From Octopus sinensis (lineage: Eukaryota): a DNA stretch of 64,000 bases. Position numbers and translations under genes: made by a program. Positions 39,250-50,159 of the stretch are shown in pieces (position 1 is the first letter of the stretch; every line of letters begins with the position of its first letter). Location of the stretch: NCBI RefSeq assembly GCF_006345805.1, contig NC_042997.1:8928001-8992000 (forward strand), in the 5' to 3' direction. The notes under the pieces were generated by a model that was not told the DNA's origin, ran no database searches, and saw only the letters and a list, made by a program, of their open reading frames with translations.

Positions 39250-39564
39250 TCATATGGAATTCAGTTCTATATTTAAGAGATGAGGAATTATGTACATTAT
39301 TTATATTATTTACATTTGACGGACATATAGTGTAGTGGTTAAGAGCGCGGGCTACTAACCCCAAGATTCCGAGTTCGATTCCAGGCAGTGACCTGAATAA
39401 TAATAATAATAATAATAATAACATCGAAAAATACCTTAGGAATGAGAACCCAGGTTTGAAATTTCCCCAAGACACCTGATGATGGCTGGAGGGTATATCA
39501 GCTGAAATGTTGTGTTAACAACAAACAAGATGAGGACAAATATCTGTCAAATGTAAATAATGTA
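39250..39564 (+). mobile_element. Family D hammerhead-SINE copy 3 with inverted 3'-tail copy at its 5' end
   Basis: 39262-39323 is the reverse complement of the family tail; head from ~39321; hammerhead motif 39471-39516. Confidence 0.82.
39471..39516 (+). ncRNA. Hammerhead motif, partly decayed
   Basis: gacac-ctgatga-t-ggctg..cagct-gaaat-gtt-gtgtt; two C>T changes turn G-C pairs into G-U. Confidence 0.5.
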
Positions 39565-39589
39565 TATCATGTAGAATTATAGTTGATCA

Positions 39590-39750
39590 ATGCTTTAGCA
39601 TTCCGATTACTCTTGTAAATGTAATGATCATTTATTCACATCATTTTGAATTAAGAGATTTTCATGCTGTGATTGCCTAGTTTTAGAATGACATTGTATG
39701 ATAGGTGTGAGGGGCTAGATCTGGCCAGTTTTAACATAAAACTCATAGAA
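39590..39750 (+). mobile_element. Degenerate copy of the piggyBac-type MITE at 41370
   Basis: Shared ttttagaatg.ca.t.ta...taggtgtgag.gg.tagat.tggccagttt..a.ataaaac. Confidence 0.5.
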
Positions 39751-39769
39751 CATTTAGGTTGGATAAGGC

Positions 39770-40100
39770 TTAAAGGATAAAAGAGTGAAGAGTAAAGATC
39801 TCCTTTGGTCATGAATAACCATGGGATTACACCTAAAACGTTCCCCTCCAAAGTACAAATCCAGGCAAGGTTGTTTATGGAAGTCATTCATGCATACCAT
39901 CCCCCCCTCTCCATGCTACTGATGCTATCCAAGTGAAAAGCAAAGGCCGATACAGCTTGGCACCAATGATGCCACAACTCATTTTTGGTAAATGAGTAAA
40001 CTGGAGAAATTGAAATAAGGTGTCTTGCTCAAGAACACAACATGCAGCCCAGTCCAGGAATCGAACTCATTACCTCATAATTGTGAGCCATATGCCTTCA
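39770..40100 (-). mobile_element. Family B CORE-SINE with alternative tail
   Basis: ggcaaggttgtttatggaag...aaggccgatacagcttgg...gtcttgctcaagaacacaac; homologous to 50160-50485. Confidence 0.7.
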
Positions 40101-40163
40101 ATGGTCAAAGACTTATACCTAATAATTCTTCTTGGGAAATTGGATGGGTTACACTTATCCATC

Positions 40164-40455
40164 GTGGAGGCACAATGGCCCAGTGGTTAGGGCAGTGGAC
40201 TCGCAGTCAGAGGATTGCAGTTTCGATTCCCGGACCGGGCGTTGTGTGTGTTTATTGAGCGAAACACCTAAAGCTCCATGAGGCACCAGCAGGGGGTGGT
40301 GGCAACCCCTGTTGAACTCTTTCAACCCAACTTTCTCTCACTCTTCCTGTTTCTTGATTAACGCTGTGATGGACTGGAGTCCCATCCAGCTGCGGTGAAC
40401 ACATACGCCATAGACACTGGGAAACCAGGCCCATGAGCCTGGAAAGGGCCCATAA
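40164..40455 (+). mobile_element. Family B2 SINE, tail type 1
   Basis: gtggaggcacaatggcccagtggttagggcagtgg...gaaacacctaaagctcc...gtgatggactggagtcccatccag. Confidence 0.82.
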
Positions 40456-40764
40456 GTAAAAGAAAAAATAACATTTATCCATCGGTTTTGTAGTCAAATA
40501 ACTAATGTTATATCTGATTGAAGTAAAGCAAAATTATTCATGGGTTGTACTGCTTGTGAGAATGTGGTTAGCTCAAGATTTTAAAGGACTACTGTTTCTA
40601 CTCAGTGTTTCATTCAACTTGTCCACCAACAAAGTTTATGTTTCAAACACTAGATTCCAATGCTTTTCCCATGCCCACTTATAGGCCACTACTTCTTACC
40701 TCACAAAAGGACACAAAAAGCATTATTCAACAAAGAAATTTTCTATAATTTTCTATAATTTCGG

Positions 40765-40948
40765 CGCAGGAGTAGCTTGCTTACGAACCACATAGTTCTG
40801 GGTTCAGTCCCACTGTTTGGCACCTTGGGCAAGTTTCTTCTACTATAGCCTCGGGCTGACCAAAGCCTTGTGAGTGGATTTGGTAGGCGGAAACTGAAAA
40901 GAACCCCGTTGTATATATATGTATGTGTGTGTATATATATATATATGT

Positions 40949-40987
<39 letters not shown>

Positions 40988-41180
40988 TGTGTTTGTCCTC
41001 CCAACATCACTTGACAACCGATGCTGGTGTGTTTACATCCCTGTAACTTAGTAGTTCGGCAAAAGAGACTGATAGAATAAGTACTAGGCTTACAAAGAAT
41101 AAATCCTGGGGTCGATTTGCTCAACTAAAGGCGGTGCTCCAGCATGGCTGCAGTCAAATGACTGAAACGAGTAAAAGAGT
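40765..41180 (+). mobile_element. Family A CORE-SINE
   Basis: caggagtagcttgc...ggcaccttgggcaag...(TG)n...gtaaaagagt. Confidence 0.85.
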
Positions 41181-41369
41181 AATTCAAGTAATTTTATTTG
41201 ACATTAGTTGACTATGATATTATTTGCATTGTTTTTCATTGTTATTAATTATGAAGCTTACCCCCAAAAAAGTTTATTCTGCATTACTGTTTTCTTTCGT
41301 TTCTTTCTTTTTATTTATTTTTGTTGTTTTGTTTTTTAATCCTGTTACCCTCCATATTCTAGACTTTAA

Positions 41370-41589
41370 CCCTTTAGTGTTCAGACTACTCTATTAAATG
41401 TAATATTTTTTCACTCAAATTGTTTTGAATTAATCAAGCATTATCTTATAGCTTTGGGGTTTCAATGATGTGATTGTTTATTTTTAGAATGTCAATATAG
41501 GTTAGGTGTGAGAGGTTAGATATGGCCAGTTTGAATATAAAACATGGAGAATATCTGGACCAGATATGGCCAGTTTAAACACTAAAGGG
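41370..41589. mobile_element. piggyBac-type MITE (220 bp)
   Basis: TTAA (41366-69) ccctttagtgtt ... aacactaaaggg TTAA (41590-93): perfect 12-bp TIR and TTAA TSD. Confidence 0.88.
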
Positions 41590-41612
41590 TTAAACTGTTT
41601 AATTAATATTTC

Positions 41613-41816
41613 TTTTATAATTTTCAATTTCAGTTCATCTCAAATATTAAGCTTTCAATGTAACTTTTGTGGAGTAGCTTTCGTGTCCCAATCACAGCAT
41701 CATTCATAGTTGCTTTTTATAATTTTCAATTTCAGTTCATCTCAAATATTAAGCTTTCAATGTAACTTTTGTGGAGTAGCTTTCGTGTCCCAATCACAGC
41801 ATCATTCATAGTTGCT
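41613..41816. repeat. Perfect 102-bp tandem duplication
   Basis: 41613-41714 identical to 41715-41816. Confidence 0.9.
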
Positions 41817-42107
41817 ATATCTTTTTCTCTTGTGAGTTATCTGCTGGACAATTTATTTACTTCCAAACGAGGTCTTTGTCTTAGGTTTTCTAGTTTTCTC
41901 CCTTATTTTGACCTACAAGACATTATTTAACGAAAGGCTCTTATATATATTTCATTTATTTGCCTTGTGAATATTTATAATGTACGGTTGGCTTGATTGA
42001 TGAAACAATCATTTTTTAAAGTTTTTATGATGTTTCCTGTTTGCAGTCTGTCTTCGGATTGTAAGAGTTTTATATCTCCAAATTCTATATTAGTTTCATC
42101 TATCCTT

Positions 42108-44002
42108 TATTTCTTTATTGCCCACAAGGGAGCTAAACGTAGAGGGGACAAACAAGGACAGAGAAACGGATTAAGTCGATTATATCGACCCCAGTGCATA
42201 AATGGTACTTAATTTATCGACCCTGAAATGATGAAAGGCAAAGTCAACCTCGGCAGAATTTGAACTCAGAATGTAACAGCTGATGAAATACCTATTTCTT
42301 TACTACCCACAAGGGGCTAAACACAGAGGGGACAAACAAGAACAGACAAATGGATTAAGTCGATTACATTGACCCCAGTGCATAAATGGTACTTAATTTA
42401 TCGACCCAGAAAGGATTGAAAGGCAAAGTCGACCTCGGCGGAATTTGAACTCAGAACATAACGGCAGACGAAATACCTATTTCTTTACTACCCACAAGGG
42501 GCTAAACACAGAGGGGACAAACAAACAAGGACAAACAAATGGATTAAGTCGATTATATTGACCCCAGTACGTAACTGGTACTTAATTTAACGACCCTGAA
42601 ATGATGAAAGGCAAAGTCAACCTCGGCAGAATTTGAACTCAGAACGTAACGGCAGACGAAATACCTATTTCTTTACTACTCACAAGGGGCTAAACACAGA
42701 GGGGACAAACAAGGACAGAGAAACGGATTAAGTCGATTATATCGACCCCAGTGCATAACTGGTACTTAATTTATCGACCCTGAAATGATGAAAGGCAAAG
42801 TCAACCTCGGCAGAATTTGAACTCAGAATGTAACAGCTGATGAAATACCTATTTCTTTACTACCCACAAGGGGCTAAACACAGAGGGGACAAACAAACAA
42901 GGACAAACAAATGGATTAAGTCGATTATATTGACCCAGTGCGTAACTGGTACTTAATTTATCAACCCTGAAACGATGAAAGGCAAAGTCAACCTCGGCAG
43001 AATTTGAACTGAGAATGTAACAGCTGATGAAATACCTATTCTTTACTACCCACAAGGGGCTAAACACAGAGGGGACAAACAAACAAGGACAGACAAATGG
43101 ATTAAGTCGATTACATTGACTCCAGTGCATAACTGGTACTTAATTTATCGACCCTGAAATGATGAAAGGCAAAGTCAACCTCGGCAGAATTTGAACTCAG
43201 AATGTAACAGCTGATGAAATACCTATTTCTTTACTACCCACAAGGGGCTAAACACAGAGGGGACAAACAAACAAGGACAAACAAATGGATTAAGTCGATT
43301 ATATTGACCCAGTGCGTAACTGGTACTTAATTTATCAACCCTGAAACGATGAAAGGCAAAGTCAACCTCGGCAGAATTTGAACTGAGAATGTAACAGCTG
43401 ATGAAATACCTATTTCTTTACTACCCACAAGGGGCTAAACACAGAGGGGACAAACAAACAAGGACAGACAAATGGATTAAGTCGATTACATTGACTCCAG
43501 TGCATAACTGGTACTTAATTTATCGACCCAGAAAGGATTGAAAGGCAAAGTCGACCTCGGCAGAATTTGAACTCAGAACGTAATGGCTGATGAAATACCT
43601 ATTTCTTTACTACCCACAAGGGGCTAAACACAGAGGAGACAAACAAGGACAGACAAATGGATTAAGTCGATTACATTGACTCCAGTGCATAACTGGTACT
43701 TAATTTATCGACCCTGAAATGATGAAAGGCAAAGTCAACCTCGGCAGAATTTGAACTCAGAACGTAATGGCTGATGAAATACCTATTTCTTTACTACCCA
43801 CAAGGGGCTAAACACAGAGGAGACAAACAAGGACAGACAAATGGATTAAGTCGATTACATTGACCCCAGTGCATAAATGGTACTTAATTTATCGACCCAG
43901 AAAGGATTGAAAGGCAAAGTCGACCTCGGCAGAATTTGAACTCAGAACATAACGGCAGATGAAATACTGCTAAGCATTTCACCTGGTGTGCTAACGTTTC
44001 TA
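42108..44002 (-). repeat. Head-to-tail array of ten ~185-bp units derived from SINE family C, capped by one intact SINE head
   Basis: Units start near 42108, 42293, 42477, 42666, 42849, 43036, 43223, 43410, 43599 and 43783. 43962-44002 is the A-box/head (minus strand gaaacgttagcacaccaggtgaaatgcttagcagtatttc). Confidence 0.92.
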
Positions 44003-44158
44003 TCCTTTGTCACTACATTCATTTATCTGTATCGGTACTTCCAGTTATCATTTTTTGGCAGTTATAAGTTTGAATTCCTGTGTTCCTTGTTTACTGCTGC
44101 ATCATATATGTTGAGTTGTAGAATTTATTGTGTTACTTGTATTCGTTTTGATGCATAC

Positions 44159-44221
44159 CTATTTCTTTTCTCAATTATTTTACAGACATGGGACTTGAGA
44201 ACTAAGTATTTGTTCTTATAT
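44159..44221 (-). CDS. Candidate exon of host gene (YKNKYLVLKSHVCKIIEKRN), phase 2 to 2
   Basis: Acceptor tttttttgtctgccctag, donor gtatgc; 63 nt; only one frame open. Confidence 0.6.
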
Positions 44222-44594
44222 CTAGGGCAGACAAAAAAAGAGTTTTAGACATGCTTTATTTCTTGTGCGTGTGCAATCATCCCAATATAATTTATCTTCC
44301 AGAACAGAGGAAAATACCTCCAAAATAAAACTATGAACAAAACAACAGAAAACAAATTTTAAATATCAGTTACGTAGTCAGATACATATATTTTATCTAA
44401 TGATAAGACTAAACCAGTTTTAACGAGTGACAACATAAGTTTACTTGATTTAAACTAAAGCAATAAGATCAACAATAACTGTTTTGCTACTATTACTAGT
44501 CAAAGATAAGTATTAGATATTGCTTAACTGCCGAAGAAGAAGAAGAAGAAGAAGAAGAGAAGAAGAAGAAGAAGAAGTAGTAGTAGTAGTAGTG

Positions 44595-44649
<55 letters not shown>

Positions 44650-45346
44650 CAGCAGCAGCAGCAGCCATGAAAGTTTTGCAATTATTCCGAAACTAGAAGA
44701 TTGTTAGAACTTTATAGACATCCATGAAATACGCACTTTCCTTTGAAATTTTAATATTTCTGAAGTGTTTGAGACTTGGGATGGTGCAAAGTCCATGCAA
44801 AATGTGGTAATGAAGTTGCAGTCTTCGGAGAATATATCTTTGAAAATTGTATTATTTGTTATACACTTGTCAAATCTTTTACCTTGGGAGTTGTTATCTA
44901 TTATTTCTGTCTTTATGTCTAGAAGTTAACACACTCTCTTTAGTCTTCCATTGTGAGACTATGCTATTAAAATTATTAAAAACGTGAACTTACATACACA
45001 CACACACACATACACACACATATATGTTCTCTCTCAAATATATGTTGTGCGTGTGTGCATGTGCGAATTTGTGTGTGAAGATGAACACAAATTTCCCTTT
45101 ATTCATTTATGTATTTGCTTATCGAATGACATAACAGGAAAACTATTTAGAAAATATGAATTATCCATGTGACATCGTAATTGTTTTAAAAAATTTTGTT
45201 CAAGAATATACCTGAGGAATATAATTTTAACCAGCTTTAGAAACCCACCAAGTTCGATAAGTGTCAATGTGCAAAACTCTTGGCCCTCGAGTCACCTTTG
45301 GCTTCTGCAAAATGTTAATAAATAAACAAAGATATATATATATGTG

Positions 45347-45731
45347 TGTGTGGAAAAATATAAAAAGTGAAAGAGAAATGTCTTCGTTTCATATAGTTTA
45401 ATATCTTTTTATAAATATATACATATTATATGGATGTCATGAAATCCAACTGGTTTTTGCTATTTAAATTAGCTTTTCAAGGGACATTTTACAGTAATCA
45501 GTTCTTGTGATAGAGGGGTTTTGTCATTTAAAATTATTTGGCAAGAAAAATGACATGACCCCTTTGTCATGAGAATTGATTACTGTAAAATGTCCCTTGA
45601 AAACCTAACTTAAATAGCGAAAACCAGTTGGATTTCATAACATCTGTATAATATGTACATATTTATTAAAAGATATTAAACTATATGAAATAGAAGCATT
45701 TCTCTTCCACTTTTTTATATTTGTTTTCCAC
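45347..45731. repeat. ~385-bp foldback palindrome (arms ~180 bp), MITE-like
   Basis: 45351-45529 is reverse-complementary to ~45548-45730 with a ~18-nt loop. Confidence 0.88.
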
Positions 45732-45825
45732 ATATTTTCAACTCATTATTTTGCCACATGGTGTATACTGAATCTTCAGTATCTTTGCTCCTTGTATATT
45801 TATATATATATATATCATCATCATC

Positions 45826-47055
45826 ATCATCATCATCATTTAGCGTCCGTTTTCCATGCTAGCATGGGTTGGACGGTTCAACTGGGGTCTGGGGAGCCCG
45901 AAGGCTGCACCAGGCCAGTCAGATCTGGCAGTGTTTCTACAGCTGGATGCCCTTCCTAACGCCAACCACTCCGAGAGTGTAGTGGGTGATTTTATGTGCC
46001 ACCGACACAGGTGCCAGACGAGGCTGGCGAACGGCCACGCTCGGATGGTGTTTTTATGTGCCACCGACACAGGTGCCAGACGAGGCTGGCAGACGGCCAC
46101 GCTCGGATGGTGTTTTTATGTGCCACCGACACAGGTGCCAGATGAGGCTGGCGGACGGCCACGATCGGATGGTGTTTGTTACGTCCCCAAAGCACGGAGG
46201 CCAGTCTATGCGGTACTGGCTACGGCCACGTTCGGATGATTTTCTTGTGAGCCACCGGCACTGGTACCACAAAGATACAAATTCCATTTATGTTCATCTA
46301 TTTTGATTTGTTTTGATTTGATTTGATTTTCACTTGCCTCAACAGGTCTTCACAAGTGTCACAAGAAGGAAGGTATGCACAGGTGGACTGACTACGTCCC
46401 AGGTAGGGGCCACGGGTTATGGCCTGACTAGTCTTGCCGGGTCTTCGGATGGTGTTTTTATGTGCCACCGACACAGGTGCCAGATGAGGCTGGCGAACGG
46501 CCACGATCGGATGGTGTTTGTTGCGTGCCCACAGCACGGAGGCCAGTCGATGCGGTACTGGCTACGGCCACGTTCGGATGGTTTTCTTGTGTGCCACCGG
46601 CACTGGTACCACAAAGATACAAATTCCATTGATGTTCATCTATTTTGATTTGATTTGATTTGATTTGATTTTCACTTGCCTCAACAGGTCTTCACAAGTG
46701 TCACAAGAAGGAAGGAAGGTATGCACAGGTGGACTGACTACGTCCCAAGTAGGGGCCACGGGTTATGGCCTGACTAGACTTGCCGGGTCTTCGGTTGGTG
46801 TTTTTATGTGCCACCGACACAGGTGCCAGATGAGGCTGGCGGACGGCCACGATCGGATGGTGTTTGTTATGTGCCCACATCACAGAGACCAGTCGATGCG
46901 GTACTGGCTACGGCCACGTTCGGATGGTTTTCTTGTGTGCCACCGGTGCTGGTACCACAAAGATACAAATTCCATTGATGTTCATCTATTTTGATTTGGT
47001 TTGATTTGATTTGATTTGATTTTGATTTTGATTTTCACTTGCCTCAACAGGTCTA
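45826..47055 (-). mobile_element. RTE 3' UTR with nested tandem amplification
   Basis: (CAT)n tail, ~57-bp ccaccgacacaggtgccaga units, then three ~330-350-bp repeats bounded by (GATTT)n. Confidence 0.85.
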
Positions 47056-47074
47056 CATATATATATATATATAT

Positions 47075-47450
47075 AAATAATTGAGTAGTTGAATGAATTA
47101 TCTTATTATGGATAATTCGGTTAACCGATACCTGGGTAGCAAATTCACGTCAGAAAAACACGGTTGAAGCTACAGAGATCACATGCTATCATATGGAAAT
47201 TTGTGTGTTTTTTTAAATACAAATAAATGAAAGAATGGAGTTGAACGACGAATTAACAAAATTCCTTTATTTTATTTTCGACATATGTTTCGAAGGCTGC
47301 ATATTCCTAATTTCGAAGGAATAAGGGGTGCATTATGCCACCTTCTCATCAGGAAAAGTAAGGAACTTATGTCAGCATCAAGATGCACAAAAACTTTTAG
47401 ATGACTGTCTGCACGGAGCCCATAGCAATATATATATATACATACATATT
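47075..47450 (-). mobile_element. Penelope-like 3'-end fragment next to (TA)n
   Basis: Hammerhead motif followed by AATAAA and ~200 nt ending at a (TA)n run. Confidence 0.55.
47275..47357 (-). ncRNA. Type I hammerhead ribozyme motif with enlarged stem II
   Basis: UUUUC-CUGAUGA-GAAGG...(~45 nt)...CCUUC-GAAAC-AUAU-GUC-GAAAA: stem I UUUUC/GAAAA, perfect palindromic stem III ACAUAUGU, NUH = GUC. Confidence 0.78.
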
Positions 47451-47950
47451 GATTAAAACAGAAATGAAAAACAAATGGTCTGGCAAAATTTGACAAAGAC
47501 ATTTAATTCAGCTATATAATATTTTTAAAAGGTTTACATAGTCTCTAACAGCTGTTTCTAGAATATCCAGCTATTAGAACATCATGTTGAGTGAAGATTC
47601 CATAAACTGAGTCTTCATTTATCAGAGAGAGATGGGTTAAATATACAATCAGTAGAAAAATATTCCTCATTAATGATATTATTGTGCTTCATTATGTCTT
47701 GAAAGGGAAACGAAATCCAATTAAAAATACAATCAAAATTTTTACTTGGATTTTAATTGGATTTCTCTTCCCCTCAGACCATTAGGTTCTGAAGAAATGC
47801 TGTAAAGCTAATTTTTTTACAAATGTGACACTCTGGGTAATCCCATAGTCTGGCCATAACTGTTTTATTTAATTACTCTACAGCTCTATAACTTACAATG
47901 TGATTTTATTTTGGATTTATGATTTACTAACGATATATACATGCAGACAT

Positions 47951-50013
47951 GGGTATCCGGACAACTGCCCAACTGACAAGAGCTTGACAGACAAGTGCCT
48001 GATGGACAATTACCCAACTCTCAACTGCAAGATGGACAAATGACTGACAAATACAACTGCCCAATAATTTTATAGTAAATGGAAACTAAAAAATAAAAAT
48101 ACTAAAATTAACTAAATTTATATTAAACCCTTTTAGTTGTCATAGCATAACATTAAAAATTTTTTATTTGTTTTCGAAGGTAAAATAAAAGTACTAAAAA
48201 ATAGAATTTATGTCTTATTTATGGAAACAGAGGTAAAACTTGATGAAAAAAAGAAAATTAAATGCATGAAATTTTATAAAACCAATATTATTTACAGATA
48301 ATTTATCAATATCATGACCAATGATGTAATTTGGAAAATAGTAAAAAAATAATCTAAAGCTTTAAGTTATGAGCTATTCCTCTCAAAAAATCCATCACTT
48401 CTTGATTTTCATAATCCTCCATAATATTTGCAATTCTTTTCGTTAAATCTTGATATTTTTCTCTTTTGGTAAAGGCTGATGTCCTGCCACCATTTGGTTG
48501 ATGATCGTGTCATTAGGTTCTTGTTCCATCTTCAATACTTGAAGAAAACGCCAGATATTTGGAATACTTAATGTTATATTTGTCTGTAAATGATTATGCC
48601 ATCCCTCCAATGAATTAACTGCTCATGGTAAATCGTTGGATGTGCAGTCATACATGTTCCACATACAAATAGGAAGGAGTGAGTTGCATCTGTTACACAG
48701 TCATATTCTACCGATATAATCATCTTCAAAATAATCAATGATTGGATCTGCTTCGTGGCACAAATTTTCTTGTAATTGCTCAAATCCTGTTACAACATTG
48801 TTTGCTGGCACAAAAGCCAAAGCTGGTATCATGTGAGTGCTTAGAGCAAAATCAGCATTGCCTAGATATCTTGATTGTAATCCCTCTAACTGTACCTTCC
48901 AATAAACTGCTTGAGAGAGATGAAAAAATGCCCTTTGATAATTGCATCTGGAAAAATTTTGGCAATTACATTCTTGGCAGCTTGTTAATAATCAATCGAA
49001 ATACAAGTTGGGTTGAGCCTAGAGTTAAGAGCCTGAAGTTGGCTGAAAAGTTCTTCATAAGTGACTTGACGTTTATTTGGCAATAAGGCAAAGACACAAG
49101 GAATCGTTCTATTAGAGATTAAACAGTGAATATAGCAGAGTTGGTAAAACAGTTCTGGTACTATTTTGAATGTACCATGGCTAAACCAATCACTTGAAGA
49201 TTGCAAAAGTTGCATATCTTTTTCAGTAGAAAAAACAAAAGTATAAGGTTTTCACTGGGTCATTATCATAAAGTAAGAATTTTTCCTCATTGCAAATTTT
49301 TTTTTATTCATCTGGAATGACCATGTCATGCACGTTTCTCAGTACAGGATGTGGAGCATCTATAGCTTGCTTATAACTTCTGATTGAATGCCTAATAGTA
49401 CTCATGGCCAGTAGTTGAGTGAAGACTTTCTCCTAAACATTCTGTAAAGTTTGTGTTATAATTTGTTGTGAAGTTTGCTGGGTTGTAATAGATTTCTCCT
49501 TCAATTCCACAGGTACAGATAGGATCTCTTGACAAAGAATATATGCAGCGTGAGTGTGTCTGGTTGATTATTTCTCTTCCACACAGTATAATTATGGCCT
49601 TGCAATTGTTATGTGGGCAGCTTTCACATTCGTAGAACGTATTTCCAGATGACAAGTACTTGTTCTTAATGTAGATATAACCATTATAGCAGAGCTTCAG
49701 CCATCCACATTGAGATTTAATGAAATGCATGGTTACTAACAATTGTATACAAATTAAGATGAAAAAAGTTTCACGAGCTTCGCTGTTAATAGTGTTGCAA
49801 GATGCTTTCAACACCTGGTGTTCATTTACTTCAACACGCTGAGGAAAGATACAATTTTTGAGTACAAAAAAATTCACCCAAATGACAGATAAAGTGAAAT
49901 GAATGACAGATAGAGATAAAGTGAAAGTGATTGTCAGGCAGACAACTATCGGCCAGTTGTCTGTTGGGCAGTTGTCCATTGGGTAATTACCAGTCGAGCA
50001 GTTGACCTAGAAC
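47951..50013 (-). mobile_element. Mutator-like (MULE) DNA transposon with decayed FLYWCH-MULE transposase
   Basis: Termini made of ggacaactgccc/cagttgtcc repeats. Minus-strand MHFIKSQ..LKLCYNGYIY...FYECE..CKA (FLYWCH-like) and WFSHGTFKIVPELFYQL..IH...IPCVFALLPNK..TYEELF....NP..ISIDY (MULE). Possible decayed 9-bp TSD tgcagacat/tatagatat (6/9). Confidence 0.85.
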
Positions 50014-50109
50014 TATAGATATATAAGGATATGTATATATATGTATGTACATACAAATATGTATCTCTCTATACAAATATGTGTGTTTCTGTGTATGTAT
50101 GCACATATA

Positions 50110-50152
<43 letters not shown>

Positions 50153-50159
50153 TCATATC

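Noticed and set aside
39321-39395. tRNA-like sequences with A/B boxes (also the heads of families A, B and C)
   Set aside because: They lack a proper acceptor stem and continue into repeated SINE bodies; these are SINE heads, not tRNA genes.
42108-43965. Regularly spaced repeats suggestive of a CRISPR array (also 5750-6250 and 22140-22302)
   Set aside because: No unique spacers, eukaryotic context, and the units derive from SINE/RTE or simple sequence.
47700-47775. Short imperfect inverted repeat (gaaatccaattaaaa/ttttaattggatttc)
   Set aside because: Too short and AT-rich to assign; no TSD or second copy seen.
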